From an uncultured Candidatus Saccharibacteria bacterium (GTDB taxonomy: Bacteria; Patescibacteriota; JAQUNI01): a stretch of 64,000 nt of DNA. The notes beneath the pieces are model-generated. The model was given only the letters and a program-made list of their open reading frames with translations. It ran no database searches and was not told the DNA's origin. Numbering within the stretch: the first letter of the stretch is position 1; each line of letters opens with the position of its first letter. This document shows, piece after piece, positions 54,960 through 64,000 of this stretch. The stretch spans positions 21,646-85,645 of the forward strand of contig CAZKRD010000002.1 in assembly GCA_964555185.1 (NCBI GenBank), read 5' to 3'. The position numbers and the translations under genes were made by a program.

Positions 54960-55923
54960 AACAAGACAGACCGTTTTAATCACGGGGTCGGAGGGGTTTG
55001 TCGGATCACACCTTGTTGATTGGATTCTAAAGAATAAGAAAATTTACGAGGTCCATGGGATTCGGCACTGGCGGCCGCGCCATACTCAAATTCTGCATTT
55101 CAATCGTCGCTGCCATTATCACAACTGTGATATCCGGAATATTGAAGAGCTGTTTAAGATTATCAAGAGGGTGAAGCCTGTTAAGATTTTTCATCTGGCT
55201 GCCCAGAGTTTTGTCCCTCTTTCTTGGACTTCGCCGGCTGAAACCTTGGAGACCAATATTATTGGGGAGGCGAATCTTTTTGAAGCAGTGAGAAGAGCTG
55301 GTATTGATCCGGTGATCCAGATCGCTTGCAGCTCGGAAGAGTATGGTTTGGTCCACAAAAACGAAGTGCCGATTCGCGAGACTAATCCCTTGCGTCCTCT
55401 TTCTCCTTATGCGGTCAGCAAGATTGCCCAGGATTTTCTGGGTTATCAGTATTTTAAATCTTATCGTCTTAAAATAATCCGGACCCGGGCATTTAACCAC
55501 AGTGGCCCCCGCCGGACAGGGGTCTTTGTTTGTTCTGATTTTGCCAAGCAGATTGCGGAAATTGAAAAAGGGAAAAAAGAACCAGTAATCTCGGTTGGTA
55601 ATTTGGAACCGATCCGCGATTTTACCGATGTGCGGGATATTGTCCGCGCCTATTGGCTCGCTGCTGAAAAATGCAAGCCCGGCGAGGTCTATAACATCGG
55701 TTCGGGCAGAGGTTATGAAATTAAAGAGGTTTTAGATCTATTGCTTTCTTTAAGCCGCAAAAAGATTGAGATTAAGAAGGATCCAAAAAGAATGCGGCCT
55801 TCAGACGTGCCTATCCTGATTTGTAATTCCAATAAGTTTAAGAGATTAACCGGCTGGAAGCCGAAGATTCCCTTCAAGAAAACCCTGCGCGACACTTTGA
55901 ATTATTGGCGAGAAAGAGCATGA
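54949..55923 (+). CDS. GDP-mannose 4,6-dehydratase / Rmd-like SDR
   Basis: GSEGFVG, HLAAQSFV, SSEEYG, SPYAVSK, FNHSGPR, RDFTDVRD. Confidence 0.88.
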   Translation: MPNKTRQTVLITGSEGFVGSHLVDWILKNKKIYEVHGIRHWRPRHTQILHFNRRCHYHNCDIRNIEELFKIIKRVKPVKIFHLAAQSFVPLSWTSPAETLETNIIGEANLFEAVRRAGIDPVIQIACSSEEYGLVHKNEVPIRETNPLRPLSPYAVSKIAQDFLGYQYFKSYRLKIIRTRAFNHSGPRRTGVFVCSDFAKQIAEIEKGKKEPVISVGNLEPIRDFTDVRDIVRAYWLAAEKCKPGEVYNIGSGRGYEIKEVLDLLLSLSRKKIEIKKDPKRMRPSDVPILICNSNKFKRLTGWKPKIPFKKTLRDTLNYWRERA

Positions 55924-56993
55924 GAATTTTATTTATCACCCGTAAGCATCCTCCCGAGCTAGGAGGAATGGAGAACCATTCCTACAATTTGCTTACAAGC
56001 TTCAGGCAACGCAGTGATTGCCAGGTAGAGGCAATCATTTTGAATAAAAAACAGATTCATCTGCTTTGGTGGTTTCCATATGCTTTATTTGTCTCGTTGT
56101 TTCGGGCAGGAAGGGCGGACCTTGTTCATCTTGGTGATCCCGTACTTTCTCTGATTGGCTTCCTTGTGAAATTAGTTCATAAAAAACCAATTGCCGTAAT
56201 CATCCACGGACTTGATGTTACTTTTAGATTCCCTCTTTATCAATGGTATCTTAAAATTTTCGGCCGCGGGTTTGATCAATATATTTGTATTTCACGCTAC
56301 GTGCAAGAGCAAGCTCGAGATCGAGGATTTTCTCCTTCAGTTGTTATTCCGGTGGGAGTAGACTTTAAAAAGTGCAAAGTTAAAAGTTTAAAGTGCAAAG
56401 TTGAAGATTTTTTGGAGAAGTATTCATTGCCGCAAAATAAGCATATTTTACTCACGGTTGGGCGATTGGTCCAAAGAAAGGGGGTTTATTGGTTTGTTTC
56501 AAGGGTAATACCTAATCTTTCCAAGAATACTATTTATTTAGTGGTTGGCGACGGCGAAGATAGAGAGCGGATCAGGGAATTAATTTCAAAAAAGAGATTA
56601 GAAGATCGAGTTTATCTTTTAGGGAGGATTCCGGAGCAGGATCTGCGCGAGATTTACAATTTTGCCGATTTATTTATTATGCCGAATATCAAAGTCAAGA
56701 ATGATATGGAAGGTTTTGGTTTAGTGGCACTCGAAGCGGGGTTGAACGGATTGCCTGTTATCGCTTCCGGCATCGAGGGGATCAGAGATGCGATTCAGGA
56801 TAATGAGAACGGCTTTTTACTTCCAGAAAAAGACGGCTTGGCTTTCGAAGAGAAGATTGCAAATTTACTTTCTAAAAAGGATTATCGTGAGGAGTTTGGT
56901 CACCGAGCAAGGAAGTACAACCAAAAGCATTATGATTGGAAAGTAATTGCCGGGAGATACTTAGAGGCGTTTTTAAAAGCACAAAAAGCATGA
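55920..56993 (+). CDS. GT4 glycosyltransferase containing an in-frame family D repeat
   Basis: VGRLVQRKG, EGFGLVALEA; KCKVKSLKCKVE insert. Confidence 0.9.
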   Translation: MRILFITRKHPPELGGMENHSYNLLTSFRQRSDCQVEAIILNKKQIHLLWWFPYALFVSLFRAGRADLVHLGDPVLSLIGFLVKLVHKKPIAVIIHGLDVTFRFPLYQWYLKIFGRGFDQYICISRYVQEQARDRGFSPSVVIPVGVDFKKCKVKSLKCKVEDFLEKYSLPQNKHILLTVGRLVQRKGVYWFVSRVIPNLSKNTIYLVVGDGEDRERIRELISKKRLEDRVYLLGRIPEQDLREIYNFADLFIMPNIKVKNDMEGFGLVALEAGLNGLPVIASGIEGIRDAIQDNENGFLLPEKDGLAFEEKIANLLSKKDYREEFGHRARKYNQKHYDWKVIAGRYLEAFLKAQKA

Positions 56994-58033
56994 AAATAGC
57001 AATAGTATTCCCTCGTCTTTCTGGTCCTTATGGTGGTGAGAAGATTTTGATTCAAGTTAGTGACGAACTGGTAAGATTGGGGCATAAAATCACCCTTTAT
57101 GTTTATCAGTACAACAAAATTTGCGGGAAATACCTGAATCCCGAGATTCGGGTTTCAGCTGTCGGGGCCCTGACTTTTGGAAAACACAATTTGGATACTT
57201 TTTTGGCCTATCTTTCTATGCCTTATTTAGCCAGTAAGGTTAAAGGTGAATATGATCTGATTTTGGGGATGACCTGGCAGTCGGCTTTTGCCCTTTGGTG
57301 GATCAAGAAATTTAGAAAGCGCTTTAGGACCACTCCTTTGATTTATCATTGCTTCGAGCCGCCGCGTTTTATTTATGATTTACAAACCGTAACCGGCAAT
57401 TCCATTTTAGCCCGAATGATTGCTCCTTTAATTAAGTGGTTAGACAAAATATCGGTTCAGAGTGTTCGCGAGATTATTAGTATTTCAGATGACATTCAAA
57501 AGCAGGTCAAACAAATTTACGGCCGTGATTCATTTAAGGTTTATCCCGGGGTGGAGATTGAACGTTTTCAAAAGTATACTAAATCTGAAGCGCGGAAAAG
57601 CTTGGGGATTCCGGAAGGGCAGGAAGTGTTTTTGTCAATTTCTAAATTACATCGCCGCAAAAGACTTGATCAGGCTTTAAAGATTTTTTTAAAAAAGCGC
57701 CGTAATAAAAGTTCCGTGTTTTTCATCGCTGGACGAGGACCAGAGGAGGATCGATTAAGGGCGCAGGCTCGCCGGATGAAACTGGAGTGGACGGTCAAAT
57801 TCATTGGTGTTGTTTTGGGAGACAAGACCGTGCAGTACATGGCTGCCTGCGATTATTTTATTTTCACGGCCTTAAACGAACCCTTTGGCATTGCCCCCTT
57901 GGAAGCAAAAGTAGCAGGCGCCAAAGTGATCCCCAAAGAACGGCCCTACCCGATCATTAGCTGGAGAGAGTCAGTAGGAGAATTGAATAAGATTTTTCTA
58001 ATTGGCCGAAGTTCCTTGCTTACTGGTGGATAG
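56990..58033 (+). CDS. GT4 glycosyltransferase
   Basis: GGE motif, EPFGIAPLEA; short C-terminus. Confidence 0.85.
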   Translation: MKIAIVFPRLSGPYGGEKILIQVSDELVRLGHKITLYVYQYNKICGKYLNPEIRVSAVGALTFGKHNLDTFLAYLSMPYLASKVKGEYDLILGMTWQSAFALWWIKKFRKRFRTTPLIYHCFEPPRFIYDLQTVTGNSILARMIAPLIKWLDKISVQSVREIISISDDIQKQVKQIYGRDSFKVYPGVEIERFQKYTKSEARKSLGIPEGQEVFLSISKLHRRKRLDQALKIFLKKRRNKSSVFFIAGRGPEEDRLRAQARRMKLEWTVKFIGVVLGDKTVQYMAACDYFIFTALNEPFGIAPLEAKVAGAKVIPKERPYPIISWRESVGELNKIFLIGRSSLLTGG

Positions 58034-58108
58034 GCAAACAGATTCAGACTTTGGAATTTGAAGCTTGAGATTTATTTGTCATTTTTAATTTGGAATTCAT
58101 TCTAGTTT

Positions 58109-60100
58109 ATGTTTCAAAAAGTAAACCCTTTAAACCGTCCTAAAAGTTTGGAAGCGGTAGTCCAGGAATTCTGCCTTTATTTTGTAATTTTTCTTTTTGG
58201 TTTGTTTGGCCTGGCTGTTTTGGGTATTTTTCATAAGTGGCTTGTTATTTCGTTTTTTGTTTTGTTTTTGCTGGTTTCGGTTTTAAAAATTTATTATCTT
58301 TATTTATTTCGTAGAGTTAAAGTAGTCCGTTTTCACAGATGGATTTTTGTTTTGATCATTGTTGTTACTCTGTTTAATGCTTTTTATCATCATGACGTTC
58401 CTCTTTCGCGTGATAATGCCGGTTATTTGACGGCGGGGATTATGCTCGCCAGAGCGGATAAACTGCATTTTTATGATATTATTTCGCGCCCTTTTAATCC
58501 GTTCCGGGAGGCTGATTTGGGGGAGGATGTTTATACTTCTCAATTTTTACCTGGGTATAATGCTTTTTTGGGTTTTTGGTATGACTTGGGCGGACTCCCC
58601 TTGCTTTTCTGGGGGAATTTAACCCTCTTGTTTCTTTTTTTAATTTGTTTTTACGGAGCGGCTTGCAATCTCGGCTCGCGCAGGATTGCTCTCTTTGCTC
58701 TTCTTTTCCTGATTACTTTTTATGCTTTCCTTTGGTTTCCGCGCCGCACTAATTCGGAAAATCTGGTAGTGTTTCTGCTTTGGTTGTCAATCTGGCTTTT
58801 CTTGCGGGGATTCAAGCAGGCCAATCTGCGACGGGCTTTTCAGAGCTTACTGCCTATTTCTTTGATTGTTTTGGTGCGCGGCGAGGGCTTGGTTTATCTG
58901 GCGGTTTTTCTATTCGCTTGTTTGATTCTCGGTTTAAAAAAGAGAAAACTGCTGCTTGCCAGAAAGAGCATCCTCTTGCCTTTAATTTGGGTCCCTTTGG
59001 TTTTGGCCTTGTTTTTCTATTATGTGGATTTTTATCAAGGCGGTTATGTTTTTGAGCACGGCCTTTCCCTTTTTTATACGATCACGGACTTTTTGAAGGC
59101 GCCTTTCGTCCTCGTGGTCTTGGTCTTGGTTTTGGCCGGGCTTTACGTCGCTTATCTGTTTTTAAAACGTTCCCTGGCGAAAAAAAAGAGAAAATTCTCT
59201 CACAAACTGCAGTTGGGGCTTGCTTTTCTTTTAGTTCTTCTTGTCTTTGTGAACTTGCTTGTAATCTATTATTATCATTCTTGGAAAGAATTATTCAATT
59301 GGCAGATTTACCGCACCCAGTATGTTTTTATCATTCTGGGTAAATATTTCCTTTTTCCTTATTTGATTATTTTTATCTTGGGTCTTTTAGGCAGAGGAGT
59401 TTTTAAAAAAGAACTTTTGATCTCGCTTTTCCTTGTCTCGCCAAGTATTATTTTTTTCCTTGATCCTTTTGTCGGCTTGGATCAGCCTTGGTTTCTAAGG
59501 CGCTTCTATCCGGCGGCGATCCCCTTTCTTTTTATCTTGGGCGCTTTGGGTTTGTTTAATCTAGGAATCAAAAAGAAACACAGAAATTTGATCCTGGTTT
59601 TGCTTTTGATCGCGAATCTCTGGGTCTCCTGGCCAATTATCTTTTTTTCCGAGTATGACGGGATGGGAAAGCAGCTTTCTGATTTTGCTTCCCGCTTTGA
59701 GCCTGACAGTTTGATTTTAATGGATCCGGGTTGGCAGTGGCAGCAATGGGGTTATACCTTGCATTATATCTATGGTTACAATGTGGTGCCGAAGCTGGAT
59801 GGATTTCAGGATCAGGAATTTGGCAAGCTGCTCGCTTCCTATGACAAGATCTATGTTGTGAGCCGCAAGCCGCAGAACATTTTCGGTCATCCTGATATCC
59901 CTGATGACAAACTCAAATATTTTTTCGAAACTCAAATTTATTATCCGACCATAGTCCGGACCTGTAAGATTACCAGCCACGTGGTTAAAAATGAAGATCG
60001 GGTCAATGCCAAAAAAGTTTTGACCATTTACCGCACGGCCCTGCCTCGAGAGAGGGACATTGAAGCGTATAATCTTTATGTTTATCAGTATCAGAAATAG
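58109..60100 (+). CDS. Polytopic membrane protein, GT-C (ArnT/PMT-like) glycosyltransferase candidate
   Basis: About 13 TMs, D..GY loop, NSE, RGE, RRFYP; lies in the glycan locus. Confidence 0.6.
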   Translation: MFQKVNPLNRPKSLEAVVQEFCLYFVIFLFGLFGLAVLGIFHKWLVISFFVLFLLVSVLKIYYLYLFRRVKVVRFHRWIFVLIIVVTLFNAFYHHDVPLSRDNAGYLTAGIMLARADKLHFYDIISRPFNPFREADLGEDVYTSQFLPGYNAFLGFWYDLGGLPLLFWGNLTLLFLFLICFYGAACNLGSRRIALFALLFLITFYAFLWFPRRTNSENLVVFLLWLSIWLFLRGFKQANLRRAFQSLLPISLIVLVRGEGLVYLAVFLFACLILGLKKRKLLLARKSILLPLIWVPLVLALFFYYVDFYQGGYVFEHGLSLFYTITDFLKAPFVLVVLVLVLAGLYVAYLFLKRSLAKKKRKFSHKLQLGLAFLLVLLVFVNLLVIYYYHSWKELFNWQIYRTQYVFIILGKYFLFPYLIIFILGLLGRGVFKKELLISLFLVSPSIIFFLDPFVGLDQPWFLRRFYPAAIPFLFILGALGLFNLGIKKKHRNLILVLLLIANLWVSWPIIFFSEYDGMGKQLSDFASRFEPDSLILMDPGWQWQQWGYTLHYIYGYNVVPKLDGFQDQEFGKLLASYDKIYVVSRKPQNIFGHPDIPDDKLKYFFETQIYYPTIVRTCKITSHVVKNEDRVNAKKVLTIYRTALPRERDIEAYNLYVYQYQK

Positions 60101-60160
60101 TGTAAAACGTAAAGCTTAAAACGCAAAACAACAGCTTAAAACTTAAAAGTTTTAAATTTG
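60101..60160. repeat. Heptamer array (GTAAAAC/CTTAAAA variants)
   Basis: Begins at the stop codon; similar short tracts at 4002-4070 and 14965-15000. Confidence 0.55.
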
Positions 60161-60191
60161 GACTTTATTAATTATATATTTTACAGTTTAT

Positions 60192-61382
60192 ATGATTCAG
60201 AAAAATATCAAGATAGCCTTATTTTCCAATACCTTTGGCCTCCGCGATGCAATGGGCAAACATGTGCACCTAATTAAAAAAATATTCCCAAAGGCCCAGA
60301 TTTTTTTGGAGCGAGGGAGCGGTGATCCAAGTGTTAAAACTCACAATTATTATTTTGTGAGAAGGTATCCCTTTATGAGTCTTTATATGCTGGAATGGAA
60401 GTTGGGTCGCAGTTTAAAGCTGTTAGAGTGGTTATTTCTGCCCTTAGAAAAATTGGTTTTCTCCTGGGAGGCAAAGAAACTTGCTGACTTTGACGTAATC
60501 TGGGTCCAATGGGGACTTTATCATAAAGCAATCCATCTCTTACCAGCTTTGGCTAAGTTTCCTAAGGGGCCAAAGCTGATTTTTGACTATCACGGGGTGA
60601 CCCCGCCAAAATATATTTTATCGCGCGGCAAGCGGCTGATTGCGGAAAAGACGATTAAAACAGTTTTAAAGGGCGCGGACCATGCGGATTTCTGTTTGGT
60701 CCGTTCCCATTTTATGGCAAGAGAATTGAAAAAGATTGCTCGCCCCAAGAAGATTATTTTCAATCCATTGCCTTTTATCGGAACTCCCCTTTCTTCCTGT
60801 TTGGAAGATCTGCGGAAGAAATACAGACTGGAGGATAAAAAGATTATTTTGTATGTTGGCCGCATTTCTGCCCATAAGAATTTAAGGGTGGTAATCCGCG
60901 CTTTGAAGCTTTTGGCCAGAGAGGATGTTGTTTTTGTTGTGGTCGGTAATTACCGACACCGTTCTTTAGCTCGCGAAAAAGATCGGTTGGTCGCCTTGGC
61001 GCGGGTTTCCAGAATACCGCATCGTGTTATCTTTACTGGCGAATTATCAGAGGAAAGATTGCTTTGCTGGTACCAGACAGCAGATTTTTTTGTGATCCCG
61101 AGTCTGCATGAAGGCTTTTGCTGGCCCTTGGTTGATGCGATGACTTATCGGAAGCCAATCTTGGCTTCCCGTTTCGGCGCGATTCCGGAAACAGTCGGAG
61201 AGGCGGCCCTTTTTTTTGATGCTCGTGATCCGCGAGATTTGAAAGCGAAGATTCAAAAACTGCTTGGCGATCAAGGCTTGCGGGATGAATTAGTCAGGCG
61301 GGGACAGGAAAAGGTTAAAGAGTATAGCTGGGAGAGGTATAAGAAGGATCTAAAGAGTATTCTTTTTAATAATAACCAATAA
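60192..61382 (+). CDS. GT4 glycosyltransferase
   Basis: YVGRISAHKN, PSLHEGFCWP. Confidence 0.88.
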   Translation: MIQKNIKIALFSNTFGLRDAMGKHVHLIKKIFPKAQIFLERGSGDPSVKTHNYYFVRRYPFMSLYMLEWKLGRSLKLLEWLFLPLEKLVFSWEAKKLADFDVIWVQWGLYHKAIHLLPALAKFPKGPKLIFDYHGVTPPKYILSRGKRLIAEKTIKTVLKGADHADFCLVRSHFMARELKKIARPKKIIFNPLPFIGTPLSSCLEDLRKKYRLEDKKIILYVGRISAHKNLRVVIRALKLLAREDVVFVVVGNYRHRSLAREKDRLVALARVSRIPHRVIFTGELSEERLLCWYQTADFFVIPSLHEGFCWPLVDAMTYRKPILASRFGAIPETVGEAALFFDARDPRDLKAKIQKLLGDQGLRDELVRRGQEKVKEYSWERYKKDLKSILFNNNQ

Positions 61383-61472
61383 CCAAACTCCAATAACCAA
61401 TAATCAAACAGCTTGATTATTGGTAAACCCGCTTCTAACTTCGCTAAGCGAGCGCGAGGCGAGTTGGTAATT
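61371..61472. repeat. Family A element with GC-rich insert (CCCGCTTC..GAGGCGAG)
   Basis: AATAACC repeats overlapping the stop codon. Confidence 0.7.
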
Positions 61473-61474
61473 AT

Positions 61475-62704
61475 ATGAATATTGTCTTCCTAACTAAATA
61501 CTTCCCCCCGGATAGCATTGGCGGCGGCGAGATTTCCGCCTATTATTTAGCAAAGAGTTTGAGCGCGCGCGGCCACCGTCTTACAATTCTTAAAAAAGGG
61601 AAAGAGAATAAGAAAGGATTTAAGCGAGAGGGCCTAGAAATTTTAGAGCGCAAAGATTTGTTTACGAAAGAGGTTCCTAATTTCGAAAAAAGATGGGCTA
61701 AAAGCCGGGCCCCTATTTTAGCAAGTCAGATTCCAAAAGGCACTGATCTTATTCATGCCCACGATTTTCATTCGGCTTTAATTCTTTCCGAACTGAAATT
61801 GAGCGGTAGTTTCCAAAAATCCACGGTTGCGACGATCCGTGATTACTGGCCGGTCTGCGGTTATGGAAAAGTGAGAATGGATGCTAGCGTCTGTCCGGGC
61901 TGTGTTACCTGGCGTGATTTTAGACACTGCCCAAAGGTTGTCCGCGGCAATTTGATCCAAAAATTTGTCCGCGCTTTCCGTTATCATCATAATATTCCCT
62001 ACCGCCAAAGAGCTTTATCTGCAATAGATCAGATTGTTTATATCAGCAAAGCCTTAAAACAGGAGATCGCAAATTCCAAAAACCAAACTTCGGGCCAAAG
62101 GGGTTATGTTGTTTATAATCCGATTCCTCTTGATTGGCATCGTGGCGAAATTCCTTCAAAATCCGATGGTAAAACCCTGCTTTTTGCCGGCCTCCTTGAT
62201 CTGCATAAAGGCTTTGATGTTTTACTGCGGGCGCTTAAAATCGTTAAAGAAAGCAAGGTTGAGTTCAAACTTACCGTAGCAGGCACAGGGCAATCCTTTT
62301 TGCAATACAAGAGATTGGCTTCTAAGCTTGGGATTAAATCTAGGGTAAATTTTTTAGGCCGGATCCCTTATCGCTTGATGCGGGATCTTTACCGCAAGTC
62401 AGATATTGTAGTTGCTCCTTCGTCTTGGCCCGAACCTTTTGGCCGCACAGTGATTGAAGGAATGCTTTTGGCTTGTGCGGTAATCGCCACCGATCACGGC
62501 GCGCCGCCGGAATTTATCCAAGACAACGAAAACGGCATCCTGGTCAGACCGCGCGACTCTGAAGGATTGGCAGAGAAAATTATTCTGCTTTTAAAAAACC
62601 CTGGTTTGCGGAAAAGATTGGGAGCAGAAGCGAGAAAATACGTACTCAATCATTTCGATCCAGACAAAATCGCTAAACAATATGAGACGATCTATTGCAA
62701 TTGA
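61475..62704 (+). CDS. GT4 glycosyltransferase
   Basis: GGGE, HAH, DYWPVC..C..C..C, PSSWPEPFGRTVIEG. Confidence 0.9.
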   Translation: MNIVFLTKYFPPDSIGGGEISAYYLAKSLSARGHRLTILKKGKENKKGFKREGLEILERKDLFTKEVPNFEKRWAKSRAPILASQIPKGTDLIHAHDFHSALILSELKLSGSFQKSTVATIRDYWPVCGYGKVRMDASVCPGCVTWRDFRHCPKVVRGNLIQKFVRAFRYHHNIPYRQRALSAIDQIVYISKALKQEIANSKNQTSGQRGYVVYNPIPLDWHRGEIPSKSDGKTLLFAGLLDLHKGFDVLLRALKIVKESKVEFKLTVAGTGQSFLQYKRLASKLGIKSRVNFLGRIPYRLMRDLYRKSDIVVAPSSWPEPFGRTVIEGMLLACAVIATDHGAPPEFIQDNENGILVRPRDSEGLAEKIILLLKNPGLRKRLGAEARKYVLNHFDPDKIAKQYETIYCN

Positions 62705-62819
62705 AACACAAAGGCCAAAATGCAAAAAAGACATGAAACTTTTTAAGCTATTAATTTCATTTTGACTTTCCCTCGACCTGAGGCTCAGGACTCGAAGGTT
62801 GATTTTTGAATCATATATT

Positions 62820-63926
62820 ATGTTAATAGGTATTGACGCTTCTCATGCCTTCCTGGAATGTAGAATGGGCGTTGAGGAGTATTCCTATCAAATTATCAAA
62901 GCGCTTGCCAAACTCGATCATAAAAATCGATATATTTTATATTTGAACGGGATCAGGAACAAAGCCAGTATCCAGGGAATAAAATGGCCTGGCAGTTTTC
63001 AATTTAAGAATATTCCTCTAAAACGTTTCTGGACTCATTTACGTTTAGGGTTCCGGGCCAGAGCCGACCGCGTTGATGTTCTGTTTATTCCAGCCCAAGC
63101 AATGCCGGTTATTCCTTTGTCTAAAACCGTGGTTACTCTGCATGGTTTGGAGTATGAGCATTATCCTGAAAGCTATTCTTGGAAGCGACGGATTTATCTG
63201 AAGGCCACAACCCGCTACAGCTTAAAGCATGCCCGGAGCATTATTGCGGTTTCGCGAAATACAAAGAACGATTTAGTCAAAATGTATCAAGGCAAGCCGG
63301 ATAAAATCAAGGTAGTCTATCATGGATTTGACGCGCCGTTTCAGATCACGGATGGAGTTTCTAGTTTTTCTTCGCTTCCAGCTATTCGCAAACCGTATAT
63401 CCTGGCACTTGGCCGCTTGGAGCAAAGAAAGAATATTGTGGGGTTAGTTAAGGCTTTTGATCAATTTAAAAAAGAAAGTAATTGGAGCGGCCAATTGATT
63501 TTGGCCGGCAAGCCCGGTTTTGGTTATCAGGAAATAAAAAAGGCGATTACAGATTCTCTTTTTAGCGAGGATATTATTGAGAAGGGTTATGTGGCAGAAG
63601 AAGAGAAATGGGCTTATCTCAAAAAAAGCGCCCTTTTTGCTTTTCCTTCTTTGTATGAAGGGTTCGGCCTGCCGATCTTGGAGGCTTTTGTCGCTGGGGT
63701 TCCGGTCATTGCTTCCAATGCCGCTTCGATTCCAGAAGTGGGCGGTTCTGCTTGTCTTTATTTTAATCCTGATAATACTTTGGAAATCAGCAAAAAGATT
63801 TCTTTGGTTTTAGGAAGACAGGATATCAGGGAGCGCTTAATCAAAAAAGGATCGGAGCGGCTTGCCGAGTTTAGTTGGGAAAAGTGCGCCCGGGAAACCC
63901 TAAAGGTTTTAGAGTCAGCAGCATAG
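62820..63926 (+). CDS. GT4 glycosyltransferase (family 1 / mannosyltransferase-like)
   Basis: IGIDA, GVEEY, GRLEQRKN, FPSLYEGFGLPILEA, FSWEKCA. Confidence 0.92.
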   Translation: MLIGIDASHAFLECRMGVEEYSYQIIKALAKLDHKNRYILYLNGIRNKASIQGIKWPGSFQFKNIPLKRFWTHLRLGFRARADRVDVLFIPAQAMPVIPLSKTVVTLHGLEYEHYPESYSWKRRIYLKATTRYSLKHARSIIAVSRNTKNDLVKMYQGKPDKIKVVYHGFDAPFQITDGVSSFSSLPAIRKPYILALGRLEQRKNIVGLVKAFDQFKKESNWSGQLILAGKPGFGYQEIKKAITDSLFSEDIIEKGYVAEEEKWAYLKKSALFAFPSLYEGFGLPILEAFVAGVPVIASNAASIPEVGGSACLYFNPDNTLEISKKISLVLGRQDIRERLIKKGSERLAEFSWEKCARETLKVLESAA

Positions 63927-64000
63927 AAAGTTCACTTCTACCTTGCCTTGGCAAGGGTTATTGATTGTTGTATTTATATGCTGTTTTTTATTTAAATCTC

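Noticed and set aside
316-63813. Numerous antisense or alternate-frame ORFs (e.g. 316-813, 9382-9810, 30490-30909, 37670-38104, 52938-53510, 55027-55500)
   Set aside because: They are shadows of well-supported genes, with no recognisable motifs.
1-64000. tRNA, rRNA, riboswitch, transposase or reverse transcriptase genes
   Set aside because: I recognised no cloverleaf/T-loop context, rRNA signature, or DDE/HUH/YxDD-type ORF by eye; a covariance-model and HMM scan would be needed to exclude them fully.

Overview
Bacterial chromosomal window, most consistent with a Patescibacteria (CPR, Parcubacteria-like) genome: rpmD/L30 is missing between rpsE and rplO, L9 is present, and the metabolism looks fermentative. 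In order, it holds the distal S10/spc ribosomal operon (rpsC to map), a glycolysis cluster (galT, tpiA, fba, gap, pgk), iscS/iscU, a Xer-type recombinase, gltX, the AmmeMemoRadiSam triad, priA-def-fmt, rnhA, recJ, a 2-oxoacid:ferredoxin oxidoreductase/ackA/pduL block, three type IV pilin-like genes, cell-wall genes (murD, mraY, dac) and a Wzx/glycosyltransferase glycan locus. The most striking unexplained signal is non-coding. Many intergenic spacers, including ones inside the ribosomal operon, hold stem-loop elements built from inverted arrays of degenerate 7-mers (four or more families, with near-identical dispersed copies in both orientations). GC-rich palindromes are nested inside some of these, and the same palindromes and repeats also occur in-frame inside recJ, a pilin leader, two glycosyltransferases and an M23 peptidase. 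Also notable are a dif-like 28-bp site directly upstream of the xer gene and two pilins that are identical for 486 bp but differ at six codons at the C-terminal tip. I recognised no rRNA, tRNA, CRISPR array, transposase or reverse transcriptase. All calls come from reading motifs by eye; no database searches were run.
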